Assembly (NCBI GenBank): GCA_934613415.1
Contig: CAKTSY010000004.1
Span: 252,681 to 284,680, forward strand
From: an uncultured Opitutales bacterium
GTDB taxonomy: Bacteria; Verrucomicrobiota; Verrucomicrobiia; Opitutales; Intestinicryptomonadaceae
Direction of reading: 5' to 3'
DNA length: 32,000 nt
The notes beneath the pieces are model-generated. The model was given only the letters and a program-made list of their open reading frames with translations. It was not told the origin of the DNA and ran no database searches. Shown here one piece after another: positions 17,763-26,009 of the stretch (position 1 is its first letter; each line of letters begins with the position of its first letter). Position numbers and translations under genes: made by a program.

Positions 17763-19310
17763 TTATTTGTATAAAAGCGGGTCTATATTAAGCTTTTTAA
17801 TTTTATATAGTATAATGCGCGGCGTAGTTTTTAGATATTTTGCCGCAGCGCTTGCATTGCCGTTATTTTTCTTTAGCGCGTTTATTATTATCTCGCGCTC
17901 GAAATTGCCTACAAGCGTTTCGTAGTCGGTATTTTCGGGCTCTGCTCCGTCGCCTGCAAAGGCGGGAACCGACGCCGTCGACAAATCGGTTTGCAAAGTC
18001 GGCGGCAGGTTGTAGCCACTTATAACGTTGTCGGAAGTATTTAAAACCGCATATTCCATACAGTTTTCAAGCTCTCTTACGTTGCCCGGCCAATAATACG
18101 AAGTCAGCATATTTATTGCCGTTGTTGAAATTCGCGAAACGCTTTTGTTGTGTATTAAATTGTATTTTTCCAAAAAGTGCTCCGCCAAAGATGTAATGTC
18201 GCACTTGCGGTTTCTTAGCGCAGGCAAATATATGGGAAATACGTTTAGGCGGTAGTACAAGTCTTCCCTGAAAGTTCCAGCCTTAATCATTTCCTCTAAA
18301 TTGCGGCTTGTTGCCGCCAATATGCGAACGTCTACCCTACGCTCTTGGCTAGAACCTACCCTAAAGAAAGTGTGCTCTTGAATGAAGCGCAAAAGTTTTA
18401 ACTGCATAAACAAGGTCAAATCGCCCACTTCGTCCAAAAACAAAGTTCCCGTATCTGCAACTTCAACCAAGCCCGCCTTGCGGTTTACAGCCCCCGTAAA
18501 CGAGCCCTTTTCGTGCCCGAACAATTCGCTTTCTATAAGGCCCTCGGGCAAAGCCGCACAGTTTATAGAAACAAAGGGTTTGTCTTTCCTAAGCGAATTT
18601 TTTTGGATTGCTCGGGCTACAAGCTCTTTGCCCGTTCCCGATTCGCCCCTAATTAAAACCGTTGCATTCGAAGACGCCACTTTGAAAATCATCGAATACA
18701 CCTTTTTCATATTCGCGCAATTTCCCACAATTTCGGTTGGGCGCAATTTGTTTTCCAACTCCAAATGCAAACGCTTGTTTTCGCTTATCAACTTTTCGCG
18801 CTCTTCAACCTCGGCGTAGGCTGCATATACGGCGTCGGCCATAATATTGGCTATAATTTCAAGCAAGCGCAAATCGGCGTCTAAATCGGTATTTTCGTCG
18901 GTTTTGCGGTCTATGCTTATGGTGCCAATTACGTCGTCCATATAAATAATGGGAACGCAAATAAAGGCTACGTTCGTTTCGCCCGAGCGCGCGCCCGTGC
19001 GGTTTAAAAAGCCCTTTTCTTTAGAAACATCGGCAATAACGCGGGATTTGCCCTCTAGAGCAACCATACCCGTAATGCCCTCGCCTATGCGGTAGGTACC
19101 GCGCTCGGCCTCGCGCTTGCTAAGCCCTTGCGAAGCTTCTATTACAAGCATATCGCCCTCGCGAAGGGCCACGGTGCCCCTAAGCAAACCCATTTCGGTA
19201 TGCAATGTATCCAAAATCTGCGAAATCATCTCCTGCACCGACGACCTCTTTGCCACAAGGTGGCTGATTTTCTTTAATACTTCAATGCTAACGTGTTGGT
19301 GGTTGTCCAT
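17763..19310 (-). CDS. Sigma-54-dependent transcriptional activator, GAF-AAA+-HTH (NifA-like one-component bEBP)
   Basis: The ORF runs to 19334 with a GTG start; the first ATG is at 19310 (MDNHQHVSIEVL...). N-terminal GAF-like domain. Walker A GESGTGKELVARAIQ. GSFTGA sigma-54 contact loop. Walker B TLFLDEVGDL. C-terminal Fis-type HTH (NASAAAKYLKTTPRIILYKIKKLNI). No receiver domain. Confidence 0.9.
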   Translation of the reverse strand: MDNHQHVSIEVLKKISHLVAKRSSVQEMISQILDTLHTEMGLLRGTVALREGDMLVIEASQGLSKREAERGTYRIGEGITGMVALEGKSRVIADVSKEKGFLNRTGARSGETNVAFICVPIIYMDDVIGTISIDRKTDENTDLDADLRLLEIIANIMADAVYAAYAEVEEREKLISENKRLHLELENKLRPTEIVGNCANMKKVYSMIFKVASSNATVLIRGESGTGKELVARAIQKNSLRKDKPFVSINCAALPEGLIESELFGHEKGSFTGAVNRKAGLVEVADTGTLFLDEVGDLTLFMQLKLLRFIQEHTFFRVGSSQERRVDVRILAATSRNLEEMIKAGTFREDLYYRLNVFPIYLPALRNRKCDITSLAEHFLEKYNLIHNKSVSRISTTAINMLTSYYWPGNVRELENCMEYAVLNTSDNVISGYNLPPTLQTDLSTASVPAFAGDGAEPENTDYETLVGNFEREIIINALKKNNGNASAAAKYLKTTPRIILYKIKKLNIDPLLYK

Positions 19311-19409
19311 AAGCTTATGTTTGTTTTGCGGCACAATGCAGGCCGAACCCGAAAACTTTATTATGTGTTTTTTAGCTCTTTTTACATTGTGCCCGTTTGA
19401 TTTTTCGCT

Positions 19410-22400
19410 CTAAGAATTTGCGTGCTTTGCCAAGGCCGCCCTGTAGTCTATCGGGAACACCTTTACAAACTTCGGCAAAAATTCGCTCCAGTTGTTTAAA
19501 ATGTTTTCGGCAACATAGCTGTTTGTGGCTTTGCAATAGTCTTGAATAATGCCCCTTAGCTCGGCGTCCGATTCCGAATTTTCAGCAATGCTTTCTAAGT
19601 CTACGCTTTCAAGGTTGCACCTTCTGTCGAACTGGCCGTCGGCGTCGAGCACATAGGCAAAGCCGCCCGTCATACCAGCCGCAAAGTTAAAGCCTGTAGA
19701 GCCTAAAACAACAACGCGCCCACCCGTCATATATTCGCAACAGTGGTCGCCCGCGCCTTCGGTTACAATAACGGCTCCGCTGTTTCTAATTGCAAGCCTT
19801 TCGCCCGCAAGGCCGTTTATGTAAATCTTGCCGTTTGTAGCACCATAGCCTATTACGTTGCCGGCAATAACGTTTTTCGAAGCGTTTTCCCTTTCGGCAT
19901 CATACGCCTTAATAAAGATATTGCCGCCCGAAAGGCTCTTGCCTATATAGTCGTTGGCTTCGCCGGTAAGGCTAAAGTTTATGCCGTGGCAGAGGAACGC
20001 GCCAAAGCTTTGCCCTGCGCAACCGGTAAAGTTTGCGTTTATGGCGTTTTCGGGCAAGTTGGCGTCGCCCCACTTTTTAGCTACAACGCCTGCAAGCATT
20101 GCGCCAACACTTCTGTCGAAGTTGTGTATTTCAAAGCTTTCGGTATGCGAAATACCCTTTTCTACGCTTTCGGCAAAGGCCTTAAGCAGCTTTTTGTCGT
20201 AGGCGTCTTTTAGCTCTCTTTCGGCAAGCCCCAAAGACCTTCTTGGCGAATTTTCGTCGGCAATTTGCGCAAACATCTTCGAAAAGTCCAAATTCTTCGA
20301 CTTCCAAAAATCCAATGCGCCATCTTTGTCGAGCAGGTCGCTGCGGCCTACGGCCTCGTCTATGGACCTTAGCCCCAACGACGCCAAAATTTCCCTTGTT
20401 TCTTCGGCTACAAAGCGTAGATAATTTTCGATATGCTCGGGCTTGCCGGCAAACTTTTTGCGCAATTGCTCGTCTTGCGTTGCAACGCCAACCGGGCAGC
20501 AGTTTTTGTGGCAAACACGCCTCATTACGCAGCCTATGGCAACCAAAATTGAGGTTGCAAAACCGAATTCTTCGGCGCCTAACAACGCGCCTATTACAAC
20601 GTCGCGACCAGTCTTTATCTGACCGTCTACCTGAACGCGAATCTTGTCGCGCAGACCGTTTAGGCGCAAAGTTTGCTGAGTTTCGGCCAAGCCTATTTCC
20701 CACGGGGCTCCAGCATACTTAATGCTTGTTAACGGCGACGCCCCCGTGCCGCCGTCGTGGCCGCTAATTAGAACCATATCGGCCTTTGCCTTTGCAACGC
20801 CCGCTGCAACCGTGCCTACGCCCGCCTCGGAAACCAGCTTTACCGAAACTCTCGCATTTTCGTTCGAATTGCGCAGGTCGTATATAAGCTGGGCAAGGTC
20901 TTCTATAGAATAAATGTCGTGATGCGGCGGCGGCGATATCAAGGTTACCCCCGGAATTGAGTGCCTGATTTTTGCTATTATGGAATTTACCTTATAGCCC
21001 GGCAACTGGCCGCCTTCGCCCGGCTTTGCGCCCTGGGCAACCTTAATTTGCAGCTCTTTTGCGTTTGCCAAATAGGCTGCCGTTACGCCAAACCTGCCGC
21101 TTGCAATCTGCTTTATTGCGCTAGAGCTTTCGGTGTTAAAACGGCTTTCGTCTTCGCCGCCTTCGCCACAGTTGCTCATTGCGCCAAGCCTGTTCATTGC
21201 AACGGCTATTGTCTGGTGCGCTTCGGGCGAAAGTGCGCCAAAGCTCATTGCGCCGCTTACAAAACGCTTTACAATGCCTTCGGTGCTTTCAACTTCGCTT
21301 AGCGGCAATGGATTTGCCACGGCCTTAAACTTGAACAAGCCCCTTAAAGTGCAAAGCCTGCGCGCTTGATTATTTACAAAATCGGCAAACTGGCGGTAAA
21401 GCTTTTCGTCGTTATTCCTTACCGACCTTTGCAAAAGCGATATGCTTGCTGGTGTCCACAAATGGTTTTCGCCGTCTTTTGCGTACTTATATTTGCCTGC
21501 GTTTTCCAGCACGTTTTCTTCGCCGAACTTCGGGTAGTGCGTGTTGCGGTATCTTTCCAAAATTTCGGCAGCAACTTCATTTATGCCAATGCCGCCTATT
21601 CTAGACGATGTGCCCGAAAAATACGCGTCCACAAATTCCTGCGAAAGGCCTATTGCTTCAAAAATCTGGGCTTGGCGGTAGCTTCGCAATGTGGAAATGC
21701 CCATTTTCGACATTATCTTTAAAAGCCCCTTCTTTATGGCGGTTATATAGTTTTCGGCAGCTCTTGCAGCGTCGATATTGTCTATCTGTCCGTCCTTTAC
21801 CATTTCGGCAACAGTTTCTATTGCCAAGTATGGGTTTATTGCCGTAGCACCATAGCCAAGCAAAAGCGCAAAGTGCATAATTTCGCGCGATTCGCCAGTT
21901 TCGGCCACAATGCCCGCGGCATAGCGCAAGCTGCACTTTACAAGCCTTGTGTTTACGGCCGCCACAGCCAAAAGCATTGGTATGGGCGCATATCCGTAAT
22001 CCAAATTCTTGTCGCTTAAAATTATAACCGTTTTAGAATCTCTTACGGCATTTTCGGCATCGTCGCAAATTTTTTCCATCGCGCGCTTTAGGGCTTCTAC
22101 GCCGCCTTGGGCCGAGAACTGCGCCTTAATTGTTGCCGACTGGAACGTTGGCAACTTGGAAGAGCGCATGCAGGAAATGTCGTGGTTGGTTAAAATCGGG
22201 CACGGCAGCTTTAACAAGTGCGCCAATGAAGGCGACTCTATAAGCGAGTTTCCACAGTTGCCTATGTAGGTTGTCAAACTCATTACCAGCGATTCCCTAA
22301 TCGGGTCTATCGGTGGGTTTGTTACCTGGGCAAACAGCTGCTTAAAATAGTCGTACAAAAGCTGCGGCTTTTCGGAAAGCACAGGCAAAGCGGCATCGTT

Positions 22401-23876
22401 GCCCATCGAGCCTATAGGCTCTTTTGCGTCTACGGCCATGGGCTTTAAAATCAATTCCAAATCTTCTTTTGTGTAGCCAAAAAGCTTTTGCCTTTGAATA
22501 AGGTTTTCGCCTATAGACGGAGCTTCGGAATTTTCGAATATGCCGGGCAGCTCTATTCTATTTTCCTGAACCCAGCGGCGATAGGGCTTTGCTCGGGCAA
22601 GCACCGTTTTAATTTCGGTATCGTGCATTACCCTGCCTTTTTCGGCGTCTATATAAACCATTTCGCCGGGGCGCAAACGTCCCTTTAAGGCAATGTCGGT
22701 TTCGGATAAATCCAAAACGCCAGTTTCGCTTGCCAAAACAAACAAGCCGCTCTTGGTTATCGTATAGCGAGCAGGTCTTAAGCCGTTTCGGTCTAACAGC
22801 GCACCCGACTGCGTACCGTTTGTAAATACCAAGGCAGCCGGGCCGTCCCACGGTTCGCTTACGCCCGAGTGATATTCAAAAAAGCCCTGAATATCTTTGC
22901 TGATATGGAAAGACTTGCCCCACGCCTGTGGAACTAGCATAAGCATTGTATGCGGCAGCTTGCGCCCCGCCTGACAATAAAATTCAACCGCGTTGTCCAA
23001 GCAGGCCGAGTCGCTCTGGTTGGGGCTAATTACGGGCAAAAGCTTCTTTATATTGTCGCCAAAAAGCGGTGTAGAAAAATGCTCTTGGCGCATATTCATT
23101 TGGTTGATATTGCCGCGTAAAGTGTTTATTTCGCCGTTGTGCGCCAAATATCTAAAAGGCTGTGCCAAAGGCCACGTCGGGAAAGTGTTTGTAGAATACC
23201 TTTGGTGTATTAGCGAAATTGCGCTTACATAAGTTTCGTCGCTTAAGTCGGGGTAAAACTGCTTTAGCTGGGGAGCGTTTAAAAGCCCCTTGTAAACAAC
23301 AGTTTTTGCCGAAAGCGAGCAAATGTAAAAACCGTCTATATTTTCGGCGGCAATCTTGTTTTCGATTACCCTGCGCAAAATATATAGGCTGCGTTCCATA
23401 TCTTCGGCGTTTAAGCCGCTCTTTGCTATAAACAACTGCTCAATATTCGGACAGCTGTTAAGGGCTATGCCGCTTATTGCGGATTTGTCTACCGGAACCG
23501 TTCTTTCGGCTACAAACGAAAATCCCTCGCCAGCCAGACAACTTTTAAAAATTTCCACACACTTTTTTGCCAAAGATTCGTCTTGCGGCAAAAATAGCAT
23601 TGCAACCGCATATTCGCCAAGCTTTGGCAACTTTTCGCCAAGCTCTTTTCTAAAAAACGCATCGGGAATTTGGGTAAGAATGCCCGCGCCGTCGCCCGTG
23701 TGCGAGTCGCCGCCAACTGCACCCCTGTGGAGCAGTCTTTCCAAAACTTTAATGCCGTCCAAAACAATTTGGTGACTTGCGCGTCCCTTAATATCGCTAA
23801 TAAGGCCAACACCACAAGCGTCGTGTTCGTTTTGCGGGCTATACATTCCCTGTTCTTTTGGATAATACATCTGCAT
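19410..23876 (-). CDS. gltB: Glutamate synthase large subunit
   Basis: ORF 19410-23948. Ntn-amidotransferase N-terminus ...NEHDACGVGLISD, an FMN/Fe-S central domain, and a C-terminal GXGXG beta-helix domain (GNVIGYGATNGKIYINGLAGERLAIRNSGA). Start trimmed to the ATG at 23876 because the longer ORF would include the sigma-54 promoter. Alternative ATGs at 23870 and 23846. Confidence 0.93.
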   Translation of the reverse strand: MQMYYPKEQGMYSPQNEHDACGVGLISDIKGRASHQIVLDGIKVLERLLHRGAVGGDSHTGDGAGILTQIPDAFFRKELGEKLPKLGEYAVAMLFLPQDESLAKKCVEIFKSCLAGEGFSFVAERTVPVDKSAISGIALNSCPNIEQLFIAKSGLNAEDMERSLYILRRVIENKIAAENIDGFYICSLSAKTVVYKGLLNAPQLKQFYPDLSDETYVSAISLIHQRYSTNTFPTWPLAQPFRYLAHNGEINTLRGNINQMNMRQEHFSTPLFGDNIKKLLPVISPNQSDSACLDNAVEFYCQAGRKLPHTMLMLVPQAWGKSFHISKDIQGFFEYHSGVSEPWDGPAALVFTNGTQSGALLDRNGLRPARYTITKSGLFVLASETGVLDLSETDIALKGRLRPGEMVYIDAEKGRVMHDTEIKTVLARAKPYRRWVQENRIELPGIFENSEAPSIGENLIQRQKLFGYTKEDLELILKPMAVDAKEPIGSMGNDAALPVLSEKPQLLYDYFKQLFAQVTNPPIDPIRESLVMSLTTYIGNCGNSLIESPSLAHLLKLPCPILTNHDISCMRSSKLPTFQSATIKAQFSAQGGVEALKRAMEKICDDAENAVRDSKTVIILSDKNLDYGYAPIPMLLAVAAVNTRLVKCSLRYAAGIVAETGESREIMHFALLLGYGATAINPYLAIETVAEMVKDGQIDNIDAARAAENYITAIKKGLLKIMSKMGISTLRSYRQAQIFEAIGLSQEFVDAYFSGTSSRIGGIGINEVAAEILERYRNTHYPKFGEENVLENAGKYKYAKDGENHLWTPASISLLQRSVRNNDEKLYRQFADFVNNQARRLCTLRGLFKFKAVANPLPLSEVESTEGIVKRFVSGAMSFGALSPEAHQTIAVAMNRLGAMSNCGEGGEDESRFNTESSSAIKQIASGRFGVTAAYLANAKELQIKVAQGAKPGEGGQLPGYKVNSIIAKIRHSIPGVTLISPPPHHDIYSIEDLAQLIYDLRNSNENARVSVKLVSEAGVGTVAAGVAKAKADMVLISGHDGGTGASPLTSIKYAGAPWEIGLAETQQTLRLNGLRDKIRVQVDGQIKTGRDVVIGALLGAEEFGFATSILVAIGCVMRRVCHKNCCPVGVATQDEQLRKKFAGKPEHIENYLRFVAEETREILASLGLRSIDEAVGRSDLLDKDGALDFWKSKNLDFSKMFAQIADENSPRRSLGLAERELKDAYDKKLLKAFAESVEKGISHTESFEIHNFDRSVGAMLAGVVAKKWGDANLPENAINANFTGCAGQSFGAFLCHGINFSLTGEANDYIGKSLSGGNIFIKAYDAERENASKNVIAGNVIGYGATNGKIYINGLAGERLAIRNSGAVIVTEGAGDHCCEYMTGGRVVVLGSTGFNFAAGMTGGFAYVLDADGQFDRRCNLESVDLESIAENSESDAELRGIIQDYCKATNSYVAENILNNWSEFLPKFVKVFPIDYRAALAKHANS

Positions 23877-23904
23877 AATTGTAATTGTTGTTTGCTTTTT
23901 ATGT

Positions 23905-23921
23905 AGCAAATTGCGTGCCAG
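23905..23921 (-). promoter_or_regulatory. Sigma-54 (-24/-12) promoter of gltB operon
   Basis: Minus strand reads CTGGCACGCAATTTGCTA, a perfect TGGCAC-N5-TTGC. About 30 nt upstream of the ATG at 23876. Confidence 0.8.
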
Positions 23922-23993
23922 TTTCAAAAAACATTTCTGCAATTTCACATAACTAGCTAATTATCATACTAATATCTTAGAACATATATGGAA

Positions 23994-24170
23994 CAACTTT
24001 TTTGTAGGCATTCCCGACAAATTTGCAAACTACAAATTTGTCGCAAACAAATTTGTTTAAACTACATTTTTGTTGCAAGAAAATTCTTAATTTTGCTACA
24101 AAAAAGTTTTTGAGGGCTGTTTTTTTCGATTTTTATGCAACTTGCCCAGGCTTTGCACACAAAAAAGTAG
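23994..24170. promoter_or_regulatory. Array of CTACA-N4-TGTAG-type sites upstream of gltB (candidate UAS)
   Basis: Seven sites. 23994-24007 CAACT-TTTT-TGTAG (half site). 24015-24028 CGACA-AATT-TGCAA. 24030-24043 CTACA-AATT-TGTCG. 24045-24058 AAACA-AATT-TGTTT. 24062-24075 CTACA-TTTT-TGTTG. 24096-24109 CTACA-AAAA-AGTTT. 24157-24170 ACACA-AAAA-AGTAG. The central four are phased at 15-17 bp. Confidence 0.55.
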
Positions 24171-24172
24171 TT

Positions 24173-25813
24173 TTATTCGTCAAAAAAGCCGCGTGCACTT
24201 ACGGGTATTTTGCGGTCGGTTAAAAACGCCGTGCTTGTTAGCTTCGGCCCAAGGGGATATTGGCTACGCTTGCCCTGTGTTTTTGCAAGCTTGTTTAAAA
24301 CGTCTAAAACAACTTCTTTTTTATAGCCCTTTTCCATTATTTCGTTTGCCGACATAAAGTTTTCTATTCTAAGGCGCAAAATTGCGTCTAAAACTTCATA
24401 TTCTGGCAGGCTATCGCTGTCTTTTTGGTCGGGTCTAAGCTCGGCAGATGGCGGCTTTGTTATTGTATTTTGCGGAATTATCTCTTTGCCGTGCAGTATA
24501 TTTATATATCTTGCAAGGGCGTATACATCGCATTTATATACATCGCAAATGGGAGCATACGCGCCGCAGGTATCGCCATATAATGTGCAATAGCCTACAG
24601 CGCATTCACTTTTATTACCCGTTGTAAGCAAAAGACTTGAAAATTTATTAGATAATGCCATAAGCAGCAAAGCCCTTGTTCTAGACTGCAGGTTTTCTTC
24701 GGTTGTATCGCGCGGCAAACCCTTAAATAAATTAGCCAATGCGTTTTCGGCAGAACTTACAACTTCTTTTATTGCAACAATATCAAACTTTATCCCCAAA
24801 TTTTTGGCCAAAGCCTGCGCATCTTCAACGCTGCCCGTGCTAGAAAATTTAGATGGCAAAGCCACCCCCCTTACATTTTCGCTACCCAAGGCGTCTGCCG
24901 CCAATGCTGCAACTACGGCCGAATCTATGCCGCCGCTAAGCCCCAACAACACGCTTTTTGCCCCGCACTTTTTTACAAAATCGCCTATTGCCATAACTAT
25001 TGCAGAATATATATCCGCTACGCCAGAAAAGTCGCTATTATTTGAATTAAAACCTGTTATGGCGTTTGTGTCTACAACAAGCTCGTCTTCGCCAAATTTT
25101 TTAAGGCATACCGAGGCATTTTTATTAGCATCTATGTAGGTAGAAGCCCCCGCAAAAATAATTTCGTCGGTAGCCCCAACTAAATTGCACCACAAAACGG
25201 GCGCGTTTATCTTTTTTGAAATATTATAAAGCATTCCGTTGCAATGCCTTACATTGTCGTTTGTCTGCGAAAACACGCTTGCCGAAATATTTATAAGCAA
25301 GTCGCAATCTTCTATTTCGTCTAAGGGGTGCTTGCTGTATCTATAGGCGGTTTTTACTTCGTCTAAAGTCCAAATATCTTCGCAAATTGTTATTGCAATT
25401 TTTTTACCGTTAAAATCAATATAGGCGCATTCGTTGCCAGACTCAAAAACGCGAGGGTCGTTCAGCGCGCCGTAATTCGGCAAAAGTCGCTTATCGTAAA
25501 CAAGTTCCACCTTATTATTGCGTATAAAAAATGCCGAGTTGTAAACGTGTCCGTCTTTGCCAAGGCGCGGGCACCCAACCAAAACTGGCAATTCAAAATC
25601 TTTAACGGCGGCCATTAACGCATTTTCCGCCGCCAAAACAAAGCTTTTATATTTTGCAAAGTCTCTTATTGGGTAGCCCGACACCGCGCATTCTGCAAAC
25701 ACGGCAATGTCGGCCCCCCGTTTTTTTAAATTGCGCGCTGCCTGCACAATTTTGGCAATGTTCAAATCGAACGCGCCAACCTGCGCGTTTATCTGGCCTA
25801 CTCCAATTTTCAT
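24173..25813 (-). CDS. nadE: Glutamine-dependent NAD+ synthetase (CN-hydrolase domain fused to NAD synthetase domain)
   Basis: ORF 24173-25855, trimmed to the ATG at 25813 (MKIGVGQINAQVG, a typical nitrilase-domain start). E-K-C triad context (FAECAVSGYP, DKRLLPNYG, ITICEDIW). ATP pyrophosphatase motif GLSGGIDSAV. Confidence 0.9.
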   Translation of the reverse strand: MKIGVGQINAQVGAFDLNIAKIVQAARNLKKRGADIAVFAECAVSGYPIRDFAKYKSFVLAAENALMAAVKDFELPVLVGCPRLGKDGHVYNSAFFIRNNKVELVYDKRLLPNYGALNDPRVFESGNECAYIDFNGKKIAITICEDIWTLDEVKTAYRYSKHPLDEIEDCDLLINISASVFSQTNDNVRHCNGMLYNISKKINAPVLWCNLVGATDEIIFAGASTYIDANKNASVCLKKFGEDELVVDTNAITGFNSNNSDFSGVADIYSAIVMAIGDFVKKCGAKSVLLGLSGGIDSAVVAALAADALGSENVRGVALPSKFSSTGSVEDAQALAKNLGIKFDIVAIKEVVSSAENALANLFKGLPRDTTEENLQSRTRALLLMALSNKFSSLLLTTGNKSECAVGYCTLYGDTCGAYAPICDVYKCDVYALARYINILHGKEIIPQNTITKPPSAELRPDQKDSDSLPEYEVLDAILRLRIENFMSANEIMEKGYKKEVVLDVLNKLAKTQGKRSQYPLGPKLTSTAFLTDRKIPVSARGFFDE

Positions 25814-25828
25814 AATCAACATATTTGT

Positions 25829-25845
25829 AGCAAAAGGCGTGCCAC
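25829..25845 (-). promoter_or_regulatory. Sigma-54 (-24/-12) promoter of nadE
   Basis: Minus strand reads GTGGCACGCCTTTTGCTA, a perfect TGGCAC-N5-TTGC. The -12 GC lies only about 17 nt upstream of the ATG at 25813. Confidence 0.65.
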
Positions 25846-25942
25846 TTTTGTGCAAATATTTTAATATTTTGCCTTATTTATTTGCAAATAATTAAGTTAT
25901 AAAAAATACAAATTTTGCAAACCCAAAAGCCAACTTGCACAT

Positions 25943-25986
25943 AACAAAAACAAAAAATGGGTAAACTACAAAATTGTCGTTTACCC
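25943..25986 (-). terminator. Rho-independent terminator after GT4 gene
   Basis: Stem gggtaaac (25959-25966) and gtttaccc (25979-25986), 12-nt loop. On the minus strand it is followed by ATTTTTTGTTTTTGTT. Confidence 0.65.
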
Positions 25987-26009
25987 GTTTCTCATAGAAG
26001 CTGCTTTGG

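Noticed and set aside
20182-20722. Overlapping 159-173 aa ORFs on both strands inside gltB. Similar ORFs occur inside glnN (11995-12641), amtB (14334-15240) and the RND pump.
   Set aside because: They are Arg/Cys/Ser-rich, low-complexity translations in alternative frames of strongly supported genes. These are typical shadow ORFs with no recognisable motifs.
25959-25986. CTACA-AAAT-TGTCG motif copy (25966-25979) upstream of nadE.
   Set aside because: It forms the loop and part of the stem of the GT4 gene terminator hairpin. Its presence may be structural coincidence, so it is not counted as solid UAS evidence.
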